In this document: in pieces, positions 49,268-59,966 of the stretch
How positions within the stretch are numbered: position 1 is the stretch's first letter
Layout: every line of letters begins with the position of its first letter
Assembly: GCA_964601205.1 (NCBI GenBank)
Contig: CAZRML010000020.1
Location: 2,291 to 66,290, forward strand
DNA: 64,000 nt
Direction of reading: 5' to 3'
Source of the DNA: an uncultured Actinomycetota bacterium
GTDB taxonomy: Bacteria > Actinomycetota > Humimicrobiia > Humimicrobiales > Humimicrobiaceae
Notes under the pieces: model-generated
Databases searched by the model: none
The model's input: the letters and a program-made list of their open reading frames with translations, nothing else
Told to the model about the DNA's origin: nothing
Position numbers and translations under genes: made by a program

Positions 49268-50409
49268 TAAAAGTGAAAAAAAACAAGGCTATGATACTTG
49301 CTGCCGGTCTCGGGACAAGATTGAGACCGCTTACTGACCTGATATCAAAACCAATGGCCCCAATAGTAAATAGGCCGGTTATGGAGCATATTGTTAGACT
49401 TCTGGCACGGCATGGTTTTACGGATATTGTCTGTAATCTTCACTGGTATCCGGATGAGATACGGAACTATTTTGGTGATGGTTCAAGGTGGGGCGTGGAC
49501 ATAGTGTATTCCTATGAAAAAGAACTGCTGGGCACTGCAGGGGGAGTAAAAAATGTGCAGGATTTTTTTGAGAATAATACATTTCTGGTTATAAGTGGAG
49601 ATGCTCTGACTGATATAGATTTAAAAGATGCACTGAAATTTCACAAAAAAAATGAAGGTATTGCTACCATGGTGTTAACTGAAGTCAGTGACACCTCTCA
49701 ATATGGAGTAGTGATAATTGACGAAAATAATCAAATAAAGGGGTTTCAGGAAAAACCATTGAGCGGCGAAGCTGAATCAAATCTGGCAAATAGTGGAATA
49801 TATTTTTTTGAGCCGGATATATTTAATTATATGCCTCCAGGGGGTAAGTTCTGTGACTTTGGTAAAAATATTTTTCCCTATCTTCTGGATAAGGATGTTA
49901 AATATTATGGGTATCAGCACAGGCAATACTGGAACGATGTAGGAAGTCTGGACGAATACCAGCAGGGGAATTTTGATGCTCTTGAAGGTAAAGTGAATGT
50001 GAGCATTCCCGGAAAAAGGATAAAGGAAGGTGTCTGGATAGGAAAAAATTGTAAGATTCAGGAAGGAGTAATAATAATCCCGCCGGTGTGCATTGGAGAT
50101 AGCTGCACCATAAAAAAAGATGCAAAGCTTTTTGGCCCCATAATTCTTGGCAATAATACAATGGTAGATGAAAGGGCAGTGCTGTACAGGGGTATAAAAT
50201 GGGGTAGCGGTTACATAGGGAAAGACGCATCTCTGATTGGCGCTATTATAGGATACAATGCGAAGATAAAAGATAAGGCATCAATTCTGGAAAAGGCTGT
50301 TATAGGTTCAAAAAGCGTTATAAAGGATGGAATAAAAATTCATCCAAGTGTAAAAATTATGTCCAATGAGATAATTGATATTGATAAAGAAAATTCCGAA
50401 GAAGATTAA
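49264..50409 (+). CDS. second NDP-sugar synthase (mannose-1-phosphate guanylyltransferase-like)
   Basis: AMILAAGLGTRLRPLT...KPM.P, GTAGGVK, FQEKP, YWNDVG, beta-helix tail. Confidence 0.88.
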   Translation: MIKVKKNKAMILAAGLGTRLRPLTDLISKPMAPIVNRPVMEHIVRLLARHGFTDIVCNLHWYPDEIRNYFGDGSRWGVDIVYSYEKELLGTAGGVKNVQDFFENNTFLVISGDALTDIDLKDALKFHKKNEGIATMVLTEVSDTSQYGVVIIDENNQIKGFQEKPLSGEAESNLANSGIYFFEPDIFNYMPPGGKFCDFGKNIFPYLLDKDVKYYGYQHRQYWNDVGSLDEYQQGNFDALEGKVNVSIPGKRIKEGVWIGKNCKIQEGVIIIPPVCIGDSCTIKKDAKLFGPIILGNNTMVDERAVLYRGIKWGSGYIGKDASLIGAIIGYNAKIKDKASILEKAVIGSKSVIKDGIKIHPSVKIMSNEIIDIDKENSEED

Positions 50410-51100
50410 TAAAAATTTATTGAATATCTTTAAAGATATTGTCGCGCCGCCATTGTGTGCTGTATGCGGAAGGGTCAGTCCTGAATTCCTGTGCCACGAA
50501 TGCTTATCCAGAATTAAAGAAATCAAAGACAGCATATGCATTTATTGCGGCAGGCCACTGCCCGGAAATAAATTAAGTGGAAATAAATCAGATAGTTTGA
50601 AATGTAATTTATGTAAAAATGAAGGCTTTAATTTTTTCATGCACAGGAGCTTTACCATATACAGAGGGGAAATAAAAAAGATAATAAAAAAATATAAATA
50701 CAATAAAATATATGCCCTTAAGGGGATTATTGGAATGTTACTTAAGCGTGCTTATGAAAGAAATTATAAATATGAGAAAATTGACTATATAGAGTCGGTT
50801 TCCGGAGAGCATATGGAAATTCTCTGTGAATCGTTTTCAAAGTTAATTAAAATTCCATTTGCTGGTAATATAATAAGAATAAAAAAAGTTTTAAAGCAGC
50901 AGGGCTTAAATTTGATGCAGAGAAAAAATAATATAAAACAGGCTTTTAAAGTTAAAAATTGTCTTCTTTATTACGGAAAGAATATTCTTGTGGTGGACGA
51001 TGTATGGACAACAGGAAGCACGTTGATGGAGATTGCCGATATATTAAAAAAAGCCGGTGCTGATAAGATTTATTTATTGACTCTGGCGAGGGGTGCGTAG
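50375..51100 (+). CDS. comF: ComF family protein (double zinc ribbon plus PRTase)
   Basis: Four CxxC pairs, R..NI..AF, ILVVDDVWTTGST; start uncertain. Confidence 0.85.
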   Translation: MILIKKIPKKINKNLLNIFKDIVAPPLCAVCGRVSPEFLCHECLSRIKEIKDSICIYCGRPLPGNKLSGNKSDSLKCNLCKNEGFNFFMHRSFTIYRGEIKKIIKKYKYNKIYALKGIIGMLLKRAYERNYKYEKIDYIESVSGEHMEILCESFSKLIKIPFAGNIIRIKKVLKQQGLNLMQRKNNIKQAFKVKNCLLYYGKNILVVDDVWTTGSTLMEIADILKKAGADKIYLLTLARGA

Positions 51101-51321
51101 TGAAGCGTCCAGTATTAAAAGGGACGGTAAAATGGTTCAGCCCGGAAAATGGTTTTGGATTTATAGAGCCGGAGCTGAAGGAACAGGGGGATATTTTTGT
51201 TGAATACTCTGCCATACAAATGAAAGGTTTTAAGGTTTTAGAGAGAGGCCAGAAAGTAAAGTTTGAACTGGACAGGGACGACAGGGGTAATATTGCCGGA
51301 AAGGTAGTTATGGTAAAGTAA
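51100..51321 (+). CDS. cold-shock domain protein
   Basis: GTVKWF....GFGFI, DIFV.YSAI...GFK.L..GQ.V.F. Confidence 0.92.
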   Translation: MKRPVLKGTVKWFSPENGFGFIEPELKEQGDIFVEYSAIQMKGFKVLERGQKVKFELDRDDRGNIAGKVVMVK

Positions 51322-51401
51322 TTTATTTATTACTGGATAAGGTATACTATTATATGTTTTTTAAATTGTTTGTTTAATCTATAAAAGAGGAGGTAAATAT
51401 T

Positions 51402-51968
51402 GTGGATTTTATAATTAGAAGTAAAAATATAGAGCTGGATGATAAGATAAAAAGTTATACCGAAAAAAAGATAAAAAATAAAATAGATAAGATTCTGGAT
51501 AAGGTAATAAAACTTGAAGTTAAATTTATATTTGAGAAAAATCCGAGGATTAATTTAAATAATGTGGCAGAAGTTACTGTGTTCACTTCAGGTTCGGTTA
51601 TAAGAGCCACTGACTCCGGAGGAGATGTTTTTGAGGCGGTAGATAAGGTTAATAGTAAGCTGGAGAGGTTAATAAAGAAGTATAAAGACAAGCTGGTAGA
51701 TAAAGCCAGGAAAAGTAACGCCAGAAAAGAAGCCGGTGAGGTAGAAAAAATTAATCGAAAAATCGGAGACACCGAGGATAAAATTAGAAAATCAATAGTA
51801 AAGACAAAAACTTTTGCTTTGAAGCCGATACCTCCTGAAGAGGCGGTATTGCAGATGGAGATGCTGGGGCATGATTTTTTTGTTTTTATTAATTCTGAAA
51901 CTGAAAGAACGGCAGTTGTGTACCGCAGAAAAGATAAGAATTATGGTTTGATAGAACCTTCTATATAA
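51402..51968 (+). CDS. hpf: ribosome hibernation promoting factor (long HPF)
   Basis: S30AE N-domain plus EEA.LQM..LGHDFFVF.N......VVYRRKD.NYGLIE; SD GAGGAGG. Confidence 0.93.
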   Translation: MDFIIRSKNIELDDKIKSYTEKKIKNKIDKILDKVIKLEVKFIFEKNPRINLNNVAEVTVFTSGSVIRATDSGGDVFEAVDKVNSKLERLIKKYKDKLVDKARKSNARKEAGEVEKINRKIGDTEDKIRKSIVKTKTFALKPIPPEEAVLQMEMLGHDFFVFINSETERTAVVYRRKDKNYGLIEPSI

Positions 51969-52017
51969 TTTTTATATAATTGATTAACCCGGATAAATAA
52001 ATAAAGGATGGCAGCAT

Positions 52018-54579
52018 ATGTTCGGAAAAATGGCTAATATACTTAAATTTGGTGAGGGCAAGAGAGTAAAAAAATATAGCGAGATAGTAAGTGCTATAAA
52101 TAATCTTGAAAAAGATATTAGTTCTCTGCCGGATAGCATGCTGGCAGAAAAGACATCAGAATTTAAGCAGAGATATGAAAATGGCGAAACATGCGAAGAA
52201 TTAACGCCCGAAGCATTTGCAGTGGTGAGAGAGGTGGCAAAAAGGACCCTCAATATGAGGCATTTTGATGTTCAGTTAATGGGCGGGATAGTTCTATTTG
52301 AAGGTAAAATTGCTGAAATGAGAACGGGCGAAGGAAAAACTCTGGTAGCAACCCTGCCCGTGTATTTAAACTCCTTTACAGGTAAAAGTACCCATCTGGT
52401 TACCGTAAATGATTATCTGGCAAGAAGAGATAGTGAATGGATGGGTAGCATTTATAAGTTTCTGGGTCTAAAGGTGGGGCTTATTCAGCATGGAATGCAG
52501 GCTTTTGAAAAAAAGCAGCAGTACCGGTCTGATGTGGTATATGGGACTAACAATGAGTTCGGGTTTGATTACCTGAGGGATAATATGGTAATGAGTAAAG
52601 AGGATATGGTGCAGAACGGCCACTGGTACGCAATTATTGATGAAGTAGACAGTATCCTAATAGACGAGGCAAGAACCCCCCTTATAATTTCCGGAGTTGC
52701 ACAGGGGACCACAGATATTTATAAAAAATTTGCTTATATAGTCCCTCAACTGAAGATAAACGAAGATTTTGAAATTGATGAAAAAGCAAAAACGGCAGCT
52801 GTTACAGAAAAAGGAGTGGAAAATGTAGAGAGAATACTTAATATTGAAAATTTATACAGCCCATCTAATTATCTATACATACATGCCTTAAATCAATCTC
52901 TTAAAGCCTATTACCTTTTTAAAAGAGATGTAGATTACATGATAAAGGATAACCAGGTTGTCATTGTTGATGAATTTACGGGCAGGCTCATGCCTGGAAG
53001 GAGATACAGCGAGGGTCTTCACCAGGCGATAGAAGCAAAAGAAAGGGTGAAGATAAGAGATGAAAATCAAACGCTTGCCACAATTACAATTCAAAATTAT
53101 TTTAGGATGTATGAAAAGCTGGCAGGAATGACAGGCACGGCGCTGACAGAAGCTGAGGAATTCAGGCACATCTATAATCTCGAAACTGTTGTTATACTTA
53201 CCAACAGGCCAATGATAAGAAAGGACCTTCCCGATTTGATTTATAAAATCGAAGAAATTAAATTTAATAAAGTAGTAGAAGATATAGTGTCCAGATATGA
53301 AAAGGGACAGCCCGTTCTGGTGGGAACTATATCTATTGAGAAATCGGAGAGATTAAGCAGCCTGCTAAAAAGAAGGGGTGTTCCCCACGAGGTTTTAAAT
53401 GCCAGATATCACGAGAAAGAAGCAGAGATTATTGCCAGGGCAGGACAGAAGAAAGCAGTGACCATCGCTACAAATATGGCCGGTAGAGGAACTGATATAG
53501 TGCTCGGGGAAGGAGTGGTTGAGCTTGGAGGTCTGCATGTGCTTGGAACTGAGAGGCACGAGAGCAGGAGGATTGATAATCAGCTAAGAGGTAGAAGCGG
53601 GCGTCAGGGGGATAATGGTTCAAGCCAGTTTTATTTAAGCACCGAAGACGATTTACTGAGACTCTTTGGCTCCGAGAGAATCTATAAAGTAATGGAAGCT
53701 TTTAATTTTCCTGATGATTTACCTATCCAGAACGCTATAATTACGAGGTCTATTGAAAATGCCCAGAGGCAGGTAGAAGCAAGGAACTTTGAGATAAGGA
53801 AGCATGTGCTTGAGTATGATGATGTTATGAATAAGCAGAGGGAAATAATTTATACTAAGAGAAAAAATATTCTTGAGAAAGGCGACCTGAAAGAAATTGT
53901 TCTTGATATAATTAAAGATGTAATAGAAAAAAGTGTTGATATCACTATAAATCCTTCAGATTATCCTGAAAAATGGGACCTGGAAACTCTTTCCAGTCAA
54001 ATGAGCCCTTTGTTTTCAGGAGATATTATAAGTGATGTCATAAACCGGGATAAAATAAGTGACTGTAAGTGGAATCCCGGAACTCTAAAAGAAAAGCTGG
54101 TAGAAAAAGCTTATAAAATTTACGATGAGAGAGAAATGAAATATACACCTGATGTTATGAGGAGGCTGGAAAAAATAATCAGCCTGAATGTTATTGATAG
54201 TATGTGGAGAGGGCACCTTCTGGAGATGGACTATTTAAAAGAGGGTATCGGGCTCAGGGCTATCGGGCAGAGGGACCCCCTGGTTGAATACAGGAGGGAA
54301 GCATTTAATTTATTCAGGGAACTTATAGACGAGATAAAGTTTGATACTGTAAGGTTATTATATAATGTCAGGGTGGTTAAAAAGGAGGAGCAGGAGAAGA
54401 TGGGGGTTGAAAAACCTGTCGGGGTGGCTAATTTAACTGCAAGCGGGCCGTCAAAAACCGGTGCCAGCACCAGGCAGGCGGGTCCGGTGACTAAAAAAAA
54501 GAAAATAGGCCGCAATGACCCCTGCCCCTGCGGGAGCGGTAAAAAATATAAAAATTGTTGCGGAAGATATGTAACGTAA
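52018..54579 (+). CDS. secA: preprotein translocase subunit SecA
   Basis: [41 protein letters not shown]-terminal [17 protein letters not shown]. Confidence 0.98.
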   Translation: MFGKMANILKFGEGKRVKKYSEIVSAINNLEKDISSLPDSMLAEKTSEFKQRYENGETCEELTPEAFAVVREVAKRTLNMRHFDVQLMGGIVLFEGKIAEMRTGEGKTLVATLPVYLNSFTGKSTHLVTVNDYLARRDSEWMGSIYKFLGLKVGLIQHGMQAFEKKQQYRSDVVYGTNNEFGFDYLRDNMVMSKEDMVQNGHWYAIIDEVDSILIDEARTPLIISGVAQGTTDIYKKFAYIVPQLKINEDFEIDEKAKTAAVTEKGVENVERILNIENLYSPSNYLYIHALNQSLKAYYLFKRDVDYMIKDNQVVIVDEFTGRLMPGRRYSEGLHQAIEAKERVKIRDENQTLATITIQNYFRMYEKLAGMTGTALTEAEEFRHIYNLETVVILTNRPMIRKDLPDLIYKIEEIKFNKVVEDIVSRYEKGQPVLVGTISIEKSERLSSLLKRRGVPHEVLNARYHEKEAEIIARAGQKKAVTIATNMAGRGTDIVLGEGVVELGGLHVLGTERHESRRIDNQLRGRSGRQGDNGSSQFYLSTEDDLLRLFGSERIYKVMEAFNFPDDLPIQNAIITRSIENAQRQVEARNFEIRKHVLEYDDVMNKQREIIYTKRKNILEKGDLKEIVLDIIKDVIEKSVDITINPSDYPEKWDLETLSSQMSPLFSGDIISDVINRDKISDCKWNPGTLKEKLVEKAYKIYDEREMKYTPDVMRRLEKIISLNVIDSMWRGHLLEMDYLKEGIGLRAIGQRDPLVEYRREAFNLFRELIDEIKFDTVRLLYNVRVVKKEEQEKMGVEKPVGVANLTASGPSKTGASTRQAGPVTKKKKIGRNDPCPCGSGKKYKNCCGRYVT

Positions 54580-54680
54580 TATAAATAGAATATACAGTTT
54601 AAAAAACAAATAAGTTTAAATTAATATGTAAATATATATAAAAAAGTACAGAATTATGTAAAGGTAAACTGGAGGTTTTA

Positions 54681-55785
54681 ATGATAGAGGATAGCAGGCT
54701 TAGATTAGATAAAATACTTAAAAAGCTGGTTTTTTTAAAAAACTGTCTTTGAACTGGATAAAAAAAATGTCAGGTTAAAAGAACTTCAGAAAGCAGCACT
54801 ATCGGAAGATTTCTGGGACGACAATACAAAAGCACAGGCTGTAACCAGGGAAATTTCTGAAATCAAGGAAGTATTAGCTAAGATTGGAGACCTGGAAGAA
54901 AAAATAGGAAATGCAGAGCTGGCCCTGGAGATTCTTGTGAGTGAAGAAGATAGCGGTCTTGAGAAAGAATTAGAAGAAACTCTGGGCGATATTGAGAAAT
55001 TACTGGCTGACCTGGAAGAGAGCCTGGTTTTAAATGATAAATATGATTCATACTCTGCAGTGGTAACCATTCATCCCGGCGCAGGGGGGACGGAATCGCA
55101 GGACTGGGCAGAGATGTTGCTTCGTATGTACAGGCGCTGGATAGATAAAAAGGGATTTTCCCACAGTGTTAATGATTACCAGAGCGGCGAGGAAGCAGGA
55201 ATAAAAAATGTAACTTTTACGGTTACCGGTAAGAATGCTTATGGTCTGCTAAAGTCGGAGAAGGGAATTCACAGGCTGGTTAGAATCTCACCCTTTGATT
55301 CATCCCGGCGAAGGCATACTTCTTTTGCTTCCGTGGATGTGGTGCCGTTAGTAAATAAGGATATTGATGTGCAATTAAATAAGGAGGATTTAAAGGTGGA
55401 AACCTTTAAATCAAGCAGTGCGGGCGGCCAGCATGTTAATGTCACAGATTCGGCAGTAAGGATTACTCACCTGCCATCGAACATAGTTGTTCAGTGCCAG
55501 AATGAGAGGTCACAGATACTTAACAGGCAGACTGCCATCCAGATCTTAAAGTCAAAATTATTTGAGCTTGAGAGAGAGAAAAAAATTGAAGAAATTAATA
55601 ATCTGAGGGGAGAAAAGAAAGATATTGGATGGGGTAATCAGATAAGGAGTTACACCCTACAGCCCTATCAGTTAATCAAGGACCACAGAACCGGAGTTGA
55701 GATTGGTGACGTCCAGTCGGTGCTGGATGGAGATATAGATTTATTAATCAGGAGTTTTCTTGAAAAAAAATTATACAAAGCGTAA
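54681..55785 (+). CDS. prfB: peptide chain release factor 2, programmed +1 frameshift: join(54681..54749,54751..55785), 367 aa
   Basis: SD GGAGG, ATG 54681, 23 codons ending CTT TGA (54747-54752); +1 frame is continuous with the ORF containing GAGGTES.DW, RISPFD and GGQHVN. Confidence 0.95.
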
Positions 55786-55827
55786 ACTCTCTATTAAAAT
55801 CAGGATAACTGGAAGAGGTAGCTACAG

Positions 55828-56514
55828 TTGAACATGATTGAATTTAAAAATGTTAGTAAAATATATGAGGATAATACAGTTGCCCTAAAAAATATTAATC
55901 TGGTTATGAAGAAAGGCGAATTCCTTTTTCTGGTGGGCCCGAGCGGTTCCGGTAAATCCACCTTTATAAAATTGATTATAAAAGAAATTAACGAAAGCAG
56001 CGGAAGTATATTTATTGCAGGGAGAAATATATGTAACCTGAAACCCGGGAGAATTCCTCAACTGAGAAGAAATGTAGGATGTGTTTTCCAGGATTTTAAA
56101 CTTCTGCCGAATAGAACTATTTTTGAAAATGTGGCATTTGCTCTTGAAGTAATAGGAAAACCGGGTTATGAAATAAAAATTCAGGTACCGCAGGTTCTAA
56201 AGCTGGTGGGCCTGCATAACAAATTAAATTCATATCCCTATCAGCTGTCAGGCGGAGAGCAGCAGAGGGTCTCAATTGCCAGAGCATTTGTTAACAGACC
56301 CCCCATACTTCTTGCTGATGAACCAACCGGGAATCTTGACCCCACGACATCCGAGGGAATTATGAAGATACTTTCCCGGATAAATCTTATTGGCACTACC
56401 GTGCTGATGGCTACGCATGATAGAAATATTGTAAATTCAATGAGGAGAAGAGTTGTGGAGCTGGAAGAAGGGGAGATAATAAGGGACCAGAAGAGAGGGG
56501 TATACGGGGACTGA
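55828..56514 (+). CDS. ftsE: cell division ATP-binding protein FtsE
   Basis: GPSGSGKST, VFQDFKLL, LSGGEQQR, LADEPTGNLDP; directly upstream of ftsX. Confidence 0.93.
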   Translation: MNMIEFKNVSKIYEDNTVALKNINLVMKKGEFLFLVGPSGSGKSTFIKLIIKEINESSGSIFIAGRNICNLKPGRIPQLRRNVGCVFQDFKLLPNRTIFENVAFALEVIGKPGYEIKIQVPQVLKLVGLHNKLNSYPYQLSGGEQQRVSIARAFVNRPPILLADEPTGNLDPTTSEGIMKILSRINLIGTTVLMATHDRNIVNSMRRRVVELEEGEIIRDQKRGVYGD

Positions 56515-57422
56515 TGGTAAAACCAAAATATTTTTTTAGTGAAACTTTTATCAGCCTCAGACGCAACTTTTTTATGGGATTTACAGCTATTACTACCGTA
56601 GCTATTACTTTATTTATAGTGGGGCTTTTTTTACTGATAGTCTATGACATACAGGGTATCATAAAGTCAGTTGAAAGCGATATTGAGCTGTCTGTATATC
56701 TTGAAGATGATATTTCCGAAGAATTAAAAGATTTTATCCAGCAGGAGATATTAAGCTGGGAAGAGACTGATTCTGCAAATTATGTATCCAAAGACCAGGC
56801 ACTGGAAAGATTCAGGCAGCAGAACGAGGGAAGTGATATCCTTAAAGAAATAGAAGGCAATCCTCTTCCGGCGTCTTTTGAGATAGCACTGAAAAGCCCT
56901 GAAAAAATTGACCGGGTGGCACTCCGTTTTTATGATAAAGATGGAAATTTCATAGATGGAGTTAATGACGTAATATATGGGAAAGAATATGTTAATAAGC
57001 TTTTTTCTATTACTACAATTATTGGCACCATAGCATTGCTTATAATATTAGTGCTGCTGATGGCAGCTATAGTTTTAATATTTAATACCATAAGGCTCTC
57101 TATTTATGCACGCCGGAAGGAAATAGAAGTTATGAAGCTCGTGGGCGCCACTAACTGGTTTGTAAGAATCCCTTTCCTGTTTGAAGGATTTTTTGAAGGC
57201 TTTACCGGAAGTATTATCTCAATTATACTTATGTATTTTACCAGCAATTTCCTGTTAATTAAGGCCGAGAGAATAATTGCTGATACCATGCACATCAAAG
57301 AACTGTCAATAATTGGCAGCGGCAATGTTATATTTTATGTTTATATCGGGATAGCGATACTGGGCGGGCTCATCGGTATTGTAAGCAGCGGCATTGCCTT
57401 AAGAAGATATGTTAAAACTTAG
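56514..57422 (+). CDS. ftsX: cell division permease FtsX
   Basis: NPLPAS, NTIRLSIYARR.EIEVMKLVGAT.WFVR.PF..EG. Confidence 0.94.
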   Translation: MVKPKYFFSETFISLRRNFFMGFTAITTVAITLFIVGLFLLIVYDIQGIIKSVESDIELSVYLEDDISEELKDFIQQEILSWEETDSANYVSKDQALERFRQQNEGSDILKEIEGNPLPASFEIALKSPEKIDRVALRFYDKDGNFIDGVNDVIYGKEYVNKLFSITTIIGTIALLIILVLLMAAIVLIFNTIRLSIYARRKEIEVMKLVGATNWFVRIPFLFEGFFEGFTGSIISIILMYFTSNFLLIKAERIIADTMHIKELSIIGSGNVIFYVYIGIAILGGLIGIVSSGIALRRYVKT

Positions 57423-57494
57423 TACCTTAAAATTTAGAAGTTTTAAATTTTTAACAATTAGTATTAAAATAATTGCAATAAAAAATGAAATAGA

Positions 57495-58676
57495 ATGATG
57501 ATTAAAAGTAAAAATATTATAGCAATATTCATAGTAATAATTGTAACACTCTTAAGCTTCACTTTTTTATCTTTTTCCATGCCCCAACCTGTTTATGCCC
57601 AGACCCTTGAGGAAGAACTGGAGCAGATACAGGAAGAAAGAAAAAAAACCCAGGAAAAAATTGAAGAGGTAAAGAAGACAGAAGCGCAGTATAGAAATGA
57701 AGTGCAACAGGTGGAAGAGGGTCTGCTCGGGGCGCTTTCGGAACTTGAAGACCTTAATGGTGAATTGTCCCATGCAAAAAGCGAAGTTGACAAAACCACT
57801 ATAGAGATGATTCTAAAAGAGGAAGAATTAAACAGGATAGAAGATGAACTTGAAGAGAAAGTAATGGTATTAAATGACAGGGTTGCAGCTATTTATAAGA
57901 ATGGCACGGGCAATGTACTTGAAATTATACTTAATGCAGAAGATTTTCTGGACTTTATATCAAAATTAAAACTCATGAACCTTTTTGCCGAGCAGGATAC
58001 CAGAACTGTTATTTCAATAAAGGAGAAAAGGGATGCAACTATAGGGATAAAAAAATCCATAATTGATTTGAGAGAGAAGCAGAAAGAATACCAGGGAAAA
58101 GTTGAAAAGCTGGTGGCAGAAGCAGAACAGAAAACCAGTGAAATTGAGAACCTGTACGGTGAAAAAAAGAGTCTGCTCTCAAAGACCACTGCCAATAAAA
58201 ATGCTCTGATACAGATGGAGAAAGAACTTGAGATTAAGGAAGCAGAAGTTAAAAGAATTCTTGAGAGCTATAGATATGGTTCCGCACCCTCCGGTAAATT
58301 TATGTGGCCCGTGGCAGGCAGGATAACATCCGGTTTTGGCAACAGGGTCCATCCCATATTCGGGGTATGGAGGTTTCATTCAGGTATTGATATAGCGGCT
58401 CCTTACGGAACGCTGATAAAAGCGGCAGATGGCGGCCAGGTGGTCCAGGCCGGTTATTTTGGTGGGTATGGTTATTCTGTTATGGTTTATCACGGAGGAG
58501 GTTTTGCTACCTGGTATGCGCATCTTTCCAGCATCCGTGTTTCGGTAGGCCAGTTTGTTGAAAGAGGGCAGGTAATAGGGCTGGTTGGCTCCACCGGCTG
58601 GAGTACAGGGCCTCACCTTCATTTTGAGGTAAGAATAAACGGGGCTGCACAGAACCCGCTTGCTTATTTACAATGA
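57495..58676 (+). CDS. coiled-coil plus M23 peptidase (FtsEX-associated peptidoglycan hydrolase)
   Basis: Signal peptide, long coiled coil, intact HSGID and GPHLHFE zinc motifs. Confidence 0.9.
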   Translation: MMIKSKNIIAIFIVIIVTLLSFTFLSFSMPQPVYAQTLEEELEQIQEERKKTQEKIEEVKKTEAQYRNEVQQVEEGLLGALSELEDLNGELSHAKSEVDKTTIEMILKEEELNRIEDELEEKVMVLNDRVAAIYKNGTGNVLEIILNAEDFLDFISKLKLMNLFAEQDTRTVISIKEKRDATIGIKKSIIDLREKQKEYQGKVEKLVAEAEQKTSEIENLYGEKKSLLSKTTANKNALIQMEKELEIKEAEVKRILESYRYGSAPSGKFMWPVAGRITSGFGNRVHPIFGVWRFHSGIDIAAPYGTLIKAADGGQVVQAGYFGGYGYSVMVYHGGGFATWYAHLSSIRVSVGQFVERGQVIGLVGSTGWSTGPHLHFEVRINGAAQNPLAYLQ

Positions 58677-58715
58677 TAGCCTGAATATTTAAGATAATTT
58701 ACAGGGTGATATTTA

Positions 58716-59966
58716 ATGAAGAAAAATATTTTGAGGGTAATAGTTTCAATAGTCGTAATTATATTTGTATTTTCTGCCGGAGTATGGACAGGCATTAGTT
58801 TTGATTTTTTAGAGGATTACCTTAAGAAATGGCAGAGCAGTATTACCGGAGAGGTCTACGATAGCAGCGGTCAAGACAGTAATCTGGATGGAGCAGACAG
58901 CCAGTATCGCATGGACACTATTGAGGAAGTCATGGAACTGATTCTGGGTAATTCTATGGAAGAAAAAAGCAAGGAAGCTCTGCTCCAGGTGGCTATTGAG
59001 GGTATGCTTTTATCTCTCGGTGACGATTATGCAGAATATTTTACAGATGAAGAATATGAAAAAATTATGGAATCATATAGCGGGACTATGAGTGGAATAG
59101 GCGTTGTAGTCACTCTTGATGATGAAGAAAGAGTGGTGGTTGTAAGAGTGATTGAAGGTACGCCGGCTTATGCGACAGATATAAGGGAAGGAGATATTAT
59201 AACCAGAGTTGAAGGTGTGAATATAAAAGATATGGACCTTGAAAAAATAGTGGCCATGATTAAAGGTAAAGAGGGTACCGATGTCAATCTTACTATTTAC
59301 AGGCCTTCTGATGACAGCACTTTTTTAGTAGCTGTCACAAGAGCAAAGTTTGATATTCCGAATTTAATAACTGAAATTTATGAACAGGAAATAGGCTATG
59401 TCTGGTATTATGATTTTCAGATAAGTGGGGTAGAACAGCTTGATAAAGAGATACAGAGATTAATTGACAGCGGTGCCAGGGGCCTGATACTGGATTTAAG
59501 GAATAATCCGGGTGGGGCATGGGATGACGCTGTTAGTGTTTGTGATTTATTTTTAAATGAAGGTAAGATTGTTACAGTTAAGGGAAGATTGGATAATGAA
59601 GAAAGGTCAGAGGAATTCTTTGCACGCGAAGGAAAATATACTGAAATACCCATGGTGGTATTAATCAATGGCTACTCGGCAAGTGCTTCAGAGCTTGTTG
59701 CAGGAGCGTTAAAGGATAATGACAGGGCTGTTCTGGTAGGAGAGAGGAGTTTTGGTAAAGGTCTGGTACAGGCACTTTATGAACTTTCGGATGGCTCGGG
59801 GGTTAAATTTACCACCGCTGAATATTTTTTACCATCCGGGGTTTCAGTTGAAGGAGTGGGAATAAGGCCCGATATAGTGATAGAGCTTGAGCTGGATGCC
59901 GAGGAAGATGTCCAGTTAAATAGAGCCATAGAAGAGATGGAACTTATATTAAGTGGCAATAAATGA
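58716..59966 (+). CDS. S41 family C-terminal processing peptidase (PDZ)
   Basis: GIG PDZ motif, LDLRNNPGG, SASASE, FGKG.VQ, GI.PD. Confidence 0.92.
   Translation: MKKNILRVIVSIVVIIFVFSAGVWTGISFDFLEDYLKKWQSSITGEVYDSSGQDSNLDGADSQYRMDTIEEVMELILGNSMEEKSKEALLQVAIEGMLLSLGDDYAEYFTDEEYEKIMESYSGTMSGIGVVVTLDDEERVVVVRVIEGTPAYATDIREGDIITRVEGVNIKDMDLEKIVAMIKGKEGTDVNLTIYRPSDDSTFLVAVTRAKFDIPNLITEIYEQEIGYVWYYDFQISGVEQLDKEIQRLIDSGARGLILDLRNNPGGAWDDAVSVCDLFLNEGKIVTVKGRLDNEERSEEFFAREGKYTEIPMVVLINGYSASASELVAGALKDNDRAVLVGERSFGKGLVQALYELSDGSGVKFTTAEYFLPSGVSVEGVGIRPDIVIELELDAEEDVQLNRAIEEMELILSGNK

Noticed and set aside
54937-55785. 282-aa ORF as a truncated or pseudogenised prfB
   Set aside because: The upstream frame joins through the CTT TGA +1 site to give full-length RF2
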